From the NCBI GenBank assembly GCA_964351975.1, contig CAYGPK010000001.1:10393-74392 (forward strand): a stretch of 64,000 bases of DNA, given 5' to 3'. Shown piece after piece: positions 59,421-64,000 of the stretch. The translations under genes were made by a program, and so were the position numbers. The notes under the pieces are model-generated. The model did no database searches. It was not told the origin of the DNA and was given only the letters and a program-made list of their open reading frames with translations. Numbering within the stretch: the stretch's first letter is position 1; every line of letters begins with the position of its first letter. This DNA is from an uncultured Methanosarcinales archaeon. GTDB taxonomy: Archaea; Nanobdellota; Nanobdellia; Woesearchaeales; UBA583.

Positions 59421-59462
59421 ATTTGAAATCTAAAGTAGCGCTGCTACGTTACGATTTCAAAT
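59421..59462. repeat. Nested inverted repeat (REP-like or terminator)
   Basis: ATTTGAAATC...GATTTCAAAT enclosing GTAGC-GCT-GCTAC. Confidence 0.6.
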
Positions 59463-59535
59463 GCCTCATTATAATCAAAATATCTTATTTTTTAGTTTTG
59501 CTTAGTTTTATATATTATTATTTGTTACTTTAATT

Positions 59536-59955
59536 ATGAATTTAGAAGATATTATTAGTCCTGCTACTAAGTCTTTTGCTTTTATAGTAGATAATATAGA
59601 TTTTAAAATATCACCAATTATTGGGTTAGGGGCAGGGGTTTTAACTTATTATATTAATAGAGAACATCCAGTTGATGAAGCACTATTAGCAGGATTAAAA
59701 CAATTTGGGTATAACGTTATAGTATCAGGAGTTATAATTAAGAATCATCAAAAAATGATTGAGAGAAATTTCTCAATTTTAAATTCAGCAGTAACTAATA
59801 CTTTATTAGCATTTGTGGCTACTTATCTAACTCATAAAATTGGCCAAACTCCTGAGTCTTTTTTATCTTCTATTTGGTAAGTTCCTTTAAATTTAGGGGG
59901 TTATTTTTATTTAGGTAATAAAATTAAAAATAGAGTTGATTTTTTAGAAGACTAA
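59536..59955 (+). pseudogene. Membrane protein, possibly interrupted by TAA at 59878-59880
   Basis: Frame continues VPLNLGGYFYLGNKIKNRVDFLED after the stop, completing a TM-like helix. Confidence 0.4.
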
Positions 59956-59971
59956 AGTTTATATATGCTAA

Positions 59972-60559
59972 TTGTTATTATTGTTTATGAATTTTAAAAA
60001 TTGTAATTATAGTATTTTTGCTTTACTGATTTGTTTTTTATCTTATTTTATTTATCAAATGTTCACCGTTGATACAGGGTTTCTTTTTGATTTTGTTATT
60101 TTTTCTTTTTTGTTAGCTTTTTATTTTTGGAATTATCATAAAGAAATAAGATTTAGAAATGAATTCTATTATCTTTCAATGTTTTTTATATTATTAAATA
60201 TTTTAGGGTATATGATTTACATAGGAGATGTTAGGTTGTATGATTTTTGGCTAAATAAGTATTTTAGATTTGACAATTTGATTCATTTTACTGGAGCAAT
60301 AGTTTTGGTTTTATATTTAGATAAAGTTTTATTCTATTTTTTTAAACAAAAAACTAAGTTTCAAGAAAATATTTATTATTTAATTTTACTTTTTTTAGTA
60401 TTAGGACTTGGAGGATTTCACGAGATAATTGAGTTGTTTGCTGTTTTATTTTTTGGTGCACAAGATAAAATAGGTGATTATTTGAATAATGCTTTAGATT
60501 TATTTTATAATTTTTTAGGAGGAGTAATTTCACTTTTCATTTTAAAATTTAAAAAATAG
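59972..60559 (+). CDS. Membrane protein, DUF2238/VanZ-like
   Basis: DNLIHF, HEIIE, DL..N..G in TM helices. Confidence 0.7.
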   Translation: MLLLFMNFKNCNYSIFALLICFLSYFIYQMFTVDTGFLFDFVIFSFLLAFYFWNYHKEIRFRNEFYYLSMFFILLNILGYMIYIGDVRLYDFWLNKYFRFDNLIHFTGAIVLVLYLDKVLFYFFKQKTKFQENIYYLILLFLVLGLGGFHEIIELFAVLFFGAQDKIGDYLNNALDLFYNFLGGVISLFILKFKK

Positions 60560-60656
60560 TTTTAAATAGGTTAATAGATATCTTAATTTATAGTTATTGC
60601 TATTTATTGAGAAATTATAAAAATTAAATATACAAAACAAAATTATTAATTTAAAA

Positions 60657-60701
60657 ATGGAGATTTTAAATAAAAAACAAGAAAGGGTGTGGGGTTTATG
60701 A
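60657..60701 (+). CDS. Putative leader ORF, 14 aa (MEILNKKQERVWGL)
   Basis: G-rich SD-like end; ATGA overlap with PAP2 start at 60698. Confidence 0.35.
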   Translation: MEILNKKQERVWGL

Positions 60702-61186
60702 TTAAATCTTTTTTAATTAAAAAATTGACTAAGGATTTCTGGCAGAGAATAACTGTGTTTGGTCGTGATGAGTTTTATTTGTTTTTAATGTTACTTTTTT
60801 TCTTTTTAGGATATAAAGAGTTTGGGATTCGAATGTTTTTTGGATTTATTGTTGCATATATTTTAGTTGTAATTCTCAGGCTTATATATTTTAAAGAAAG
60901 ACCTATTAAATATGAGAGTAAAACTTTTTTAGATAGAATTGAAGCTTCTTCTTTTCCAAGTATGCACACAGTTCGTTTTTCAATGCTTACAACTTTAGTA
61001 TATTTTAATTTTTTAGGAAACTATTTTTTATTTTTACTATTTTTAATTTTATTAATATTAATTAGTTATAGTAGAATTAAACTGAAAAGACATTATATTA
61101 GTGATGTTATAGTTGGAATAATTTTGGGATTTATTTTAGGTTATATATTATCTTTTTACTTTTATATAAACGTTTATTTCTTATAG
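60698..61186 (+). CDS. PAP2-family lipid phosphate phosphatase
   Basis: RP, SFPSMH, SR.....HY.SDV..G. Confidence 0.88.
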   Translation: MIKSFLIKKLTKDFWQRITVFGRDEFYLFLMLLFFFLGYKEFGIRMFFGFIVAYILVVILRLIYFKERPIKYESKTFLDRIEASSFPSMHTVRFSMLTTLVYFNFLGNYFLFLLFLILLILISYSRIKLKRHYISDVIVGIILGFILGYILSFYFYINVYFL

Positions 61187-61250
61187 AGAGAATTTTTAAT
61201 TTTATTGATGTATAGGATAGATTTAAAAAAATAATTAGGTTACAATTAAT

Positions 61251-61943
61251 ATGCTTTCCAAAAGACGTAGAAATTTAATTTTTGTTGAGGCTTTAGTACT
61301 TACAATTTTTATTTATCTTTTCGCAGTTATTATTAATGGTTATTTTGATGATTCAAGAGAAGAAACACTGAATAAAGTTTTTTATTCTTCTGAACTTAAA
61401 ATGGAGACTTATTATGCGTTAAATGATTTTTTATTTCTCAATAATATGAGTTGTGAGACAGGAAAAAATCTTCTTTTTGATAGGGAAGAGAGTCTTAAGA
61501 GTGTTGGAACAGATTTAACTAATTATGGAAAATTATTTCTAGATATAAATCTAAATAAATCTTTAATTAAAGAAAGAAAATACTATTTAGATGAACTTGA
61601 ACTTTTTTCTTTGGCAAATGAGTATAATGAGTTATGTGATGATAAAATTTTTATTGTTCTTTATTTTTTTAATGGGTTTAGTACATCTCTTGATAAGCAG
61701 TCTTTAATTTTAGATCAATTTTCTTTAAATAATGAGAATAAGTCTATGATTTTTTCTTTTGATATAAACTATGAAAGAGAAGCTCTTGTTAATATAATAA
61801 AAAATAAATATAATGTTAATTTTGTTCCATTTATTATTATAGGAAACAAAACAACAAGAGAATTTGAACATGATAAAGATTTAGTAGTTGATATTAATTC
61901 AATAACAATTGAATATAAAAAGTTTAAAGGTCAATTAAAATGA
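61251..61943 (+). CDS. Membrane-anchored protein with thioredoxin-like C-domain lacking CxxC
   Basis: N-terminal TM; LYFF, Q..ILD, Y.V..VPFIII; paralog of 63216. Confidence 0.55.
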   Translation: MLSKRRRNLIFVEALVLTIFIYLFAVIINGYFDDSREETLNKVFYSSELKMETYYALNDFLFLNNMSCETGKNLLFDREESLKSVGTDLTNYGKLFLDINLNKSLIKERKYYLDELELFSLANEYNELCDDKIFIVLYFFNGFSTSLDKQSLILDQFSLNNENKSMIFSFDINYEREALVNIIKNKYNVNFVPFIIIGNKTTREFEHDKDLVVDINSITIEYKKFKGQLK

Positions 61944-63223
61944 TAGATACGATTGTTTCTTATATTTCAAATCTAATTATTTTTGTAGGTTTATATTTTT
62001 CTATTTTTTATCTTCTTATATTATTTAATTCTAAAGAACATATACCAGTTATAAAAGAGTATTCAGAAGTTAGTATTGCAGTTCCTGCTTATAATGAAGA
62101 AAAAGGAATTGCAAAAACTTTAGATTCAATTCTTAAATTGAATTATCCTAAAAAAATTGTTTGTTATGTAATTAATGATTGCTCAGTTGATAATACTTTA
62201 AAAATTGCAAGAAGATATGAAAAAAAGTTTCCAGGAAGAATTATTGTAATTGATAAAAAAAAAAATGGTGGAAAAGCTGAGGCATTTAACTCTGCACTTA
62301 AAATGATTAAAACAAAATATGTTGCTGTAATTGATGCTGATTCTGAGATTCATAAAAATTCACTCCTTAAAGCAATGAGATATTTTGTTCGTGATGATGA
62401 TTTAAGAGTTGGGGCAGTTATTTCAAAAATGAGACCTATAAATATTTCAAAAAATCTTTTAGAGAGAGTTCAAGTTGTTGAGTATATGATGGTTGGACTT
62501 GTAAGATCACTTAGTGCCAAAATAGGGCTTTTACATACAACTCCAGGAGTTCTTAGTGTTTATGATACAAAAATTTTAAAGAGTTTAGGTGGGTTTGATA
62601 AAAATAATATGACTGAGGATTTTGAGAGTGCAGTGAGAATTCGAAAAGCAGGATATCTTGTTGATTATTCTTATGAAAGTGAGGTTTATACCACAACTCC
62701 AAATAAATTTGGTCCTTTTTTAAAGCAGAGAATAAGATGGTCTAGAGGTTTTCTTCAAACACATTCAAAACATAAGGATTTATTTTTTAATCCAAAATAT
62801 GGACTTTATGGAATGTATCAATTTCCAATGAATGTTATAGGTCCAATATTATATTTTTTAGCAGTTTTTTCAATTTCATTTAAATTATATAAGGAGTTTT
62901 ATGAATTTATATATAAATTTTTGATTGCACCTGGAACTATAGAGTGGTTTCATTTTGATTCATTAAATGATTATATTTTAGGTATTGATCCTCAAGTTGA
63001 TTTTTTAATTTTAGTTTCTTTTATATTTTTTACTTTTTTTATTTTAGCTTCATTTAAATTTTATTCCTATTCCATGAAAGGTCAAAGATTTAAAAATTTT
63101 TTAGCTTTTATTGTTTATATTATGTTTTATAATTACATTTATATATATGTGTGGATTGTTTCTATTTATCAAGAGCTACGAGGAAAAGGTTATTCGTGGG
63201 GAAGAGTTTTAAAAGATGACTAA
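61940..63223 (+). CDS. Processive GT2 glycosyltransferase (PgaC/cellulose-synthase-like)
   Basis: PAYNEE, DCS, GKA, DAD, TED, QRIRW, multiple TMs. Confidence 0.92.
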   Translation: MIDTIVSYISNLIIFVGLYFSIFYLLILFNSKEHIPVIKEYSEVSIAVPAYNEEKGIAKTLDSILKLNYPKKIVCYVINDCSVDNTLKIARRYEKKFPGRIIVIDKKKNGGKAEAFNSALKMIKTKYVAVIDADSEIHKNSLLKAMRYFVRDDDLRVGAVISKMRPINISKNLLERVQVVEYMMVGLVRSLSAKIGLLHTTPGVLSVYDTKILKSLGGFDKNNMTEDFESAVRIRKAGYLVDYSYESEVYTTTPNKFGPFLKQRIRWSRGFLQTHSKHKDLFFNPKYGLYGMYQFPMNVIGPILYFLAVFSISFKLYKEFYEFIYKFLIAPGTIEWFHFDSLNDYILGIDPQVDFLILVSFIFFTFFILASFKFYSYSMKGQRFKNFLAFIVYIMFYNYIYIYVWIVSIYQELRGKGYSWGRVLKDD

Positions 63224-63872
63224 AAACAAATTATTTTTAAAAAGTTATGAGACAAAAATTATAGTTTTGATTTTTGTATTTTTTATTATTGGATTTTTTA
63301 TGGGGTGGAGACTCTCTGATACTAGCCTTACAAGTACACAACTTAGATTTGAGCAAATTCAATTAGATTTGAAATCTTTTTCACAAGCAACTTCTTTTGA
63401 AGAAAATTTTAATGCTTTTTCTTGTGATTCTAATTTAATAAACTATATGTCAAATAGTTTGTATGATACTGCAAGCGAACTTGAAAATTTGGAGGATAAA
63501 AAACTTATTGATGATTTTTATTATGAACTTTTAAAGAATAAACATAATGTTAATCAAGTATTATTTTATACATATTTTAATAAATATTATAATGAATGTC
63601 AAAATAGTAATTCAATTATACTTTTCTTTTTTAATAGTAGCGAGATAGAAACTTCAAATGAACAAGGTATTATTTTAGATCAAATTGTAGAGAAATATAA
63701 TGTTAGTGTGATTCCTATGGATTATGGTTATAACAACAATTTAAAATATTTTTATGACTTTTATAACATTTCAGAATTACCATTTTTAGTTATTAATTAT
63801 AACACAACATTGTCTGGACTTGTAAGTTTTAATCAAATTGAATTTGAATTGAATAATAAAGTATTTAAATAA
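63216..63872 (+). CDS. Membrane-anchored thioredoxin-like protein (paralog of 61251)
   Basis: N-terminal TM; SC...C; ILFFF, QGIILD, YNI..LPFLVIN. Confidence 0.55.
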   Translation: MTKNKLFLKSYETKIIVLIFVFFIIGFFMGWRLSDTSLTSTQLRFEQIQLDLKSFSQATSFEENFNAFSCDSNLINYMSNSLYDTASELENLEDKKLIDDFYYELLKNKHNVNQVLFYTYFNKYYNECQNSNSIILFFFNSSEIETSNEQGIILDQIVEKYNVSVIPMDYGYNNNLKYFYDFYNISELPFLVINYNTTLSGLVSFNQIEFELNNKVFK

Positions 63873-64000
63873 GTAAATTTATACAATATCATCAGGTTTG
63901 CATACATTGCTTTACAAATCGAAAACTATATGATCGATATACTGTGGACATAGCAAAGCTATGTTTTTTGTGAATAAAAAGATATCTTGAGTTTGATTCG

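Noticed and set aside
63879-64000. 3' end of a minus-strand gene, possibly with an in-frame TAA
   Set aside because: Frame cannot be fixed at the window edge; two frames are plausible.
1-64000. Stop-codon reassignment
   Set aside because: TAA, TAG and TGA all end conserved genes at the expected positions.

Overview
Very AT-rich archaeal chromosome segment, standard genetic code. SecY/uL15, aIF2-alpha, Rpp30, RadB, PAN, archaeal-type ProRS, broken-up housekeeping operons, TATA boxes ~22-30 nt before many ATGs and many pilin-like or secreted orphans point to a DPANN archaeon, probably Woesearchaeota-like (inference). It contains a complete lipoate-dependent 2-oxoacid (pyruvate) dehydrogenase cluster with two LplA-like genes, an ADP-forming acetate-CoA ligase, a D-2-hydroxyacid dehydrogenase, a Pol II-like PolB with a PIP box, SAMP/E1/PAN components, toxin-antitoxin genes, tRNA-Ser(CGA) overlapped by a free-standing LAGLIDADG ORF, and a GT2 envelope cluster. 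Signals not in the ORF track: (1) ~25-codon leader ORFs that copy the N-terminus of the downstream protein, then carry a hairpin and SD and overlap the real start (clearest at radB, where divergence is almost all synonymous); (2) a shared upstream motif before tyrA, an sRNA/lplA, pdhA and pan; (3) a candidate H/ACA sRNA; (4) a GTCTAA repeat array beside an AT-rich tract (possible origin); (5) heptamer-periodic in-frame insertions in polB, pdhA and pdhC; (6) a Hel308 lacking its first RecA domain. All calls come from motif reading by eye; no searches were run.
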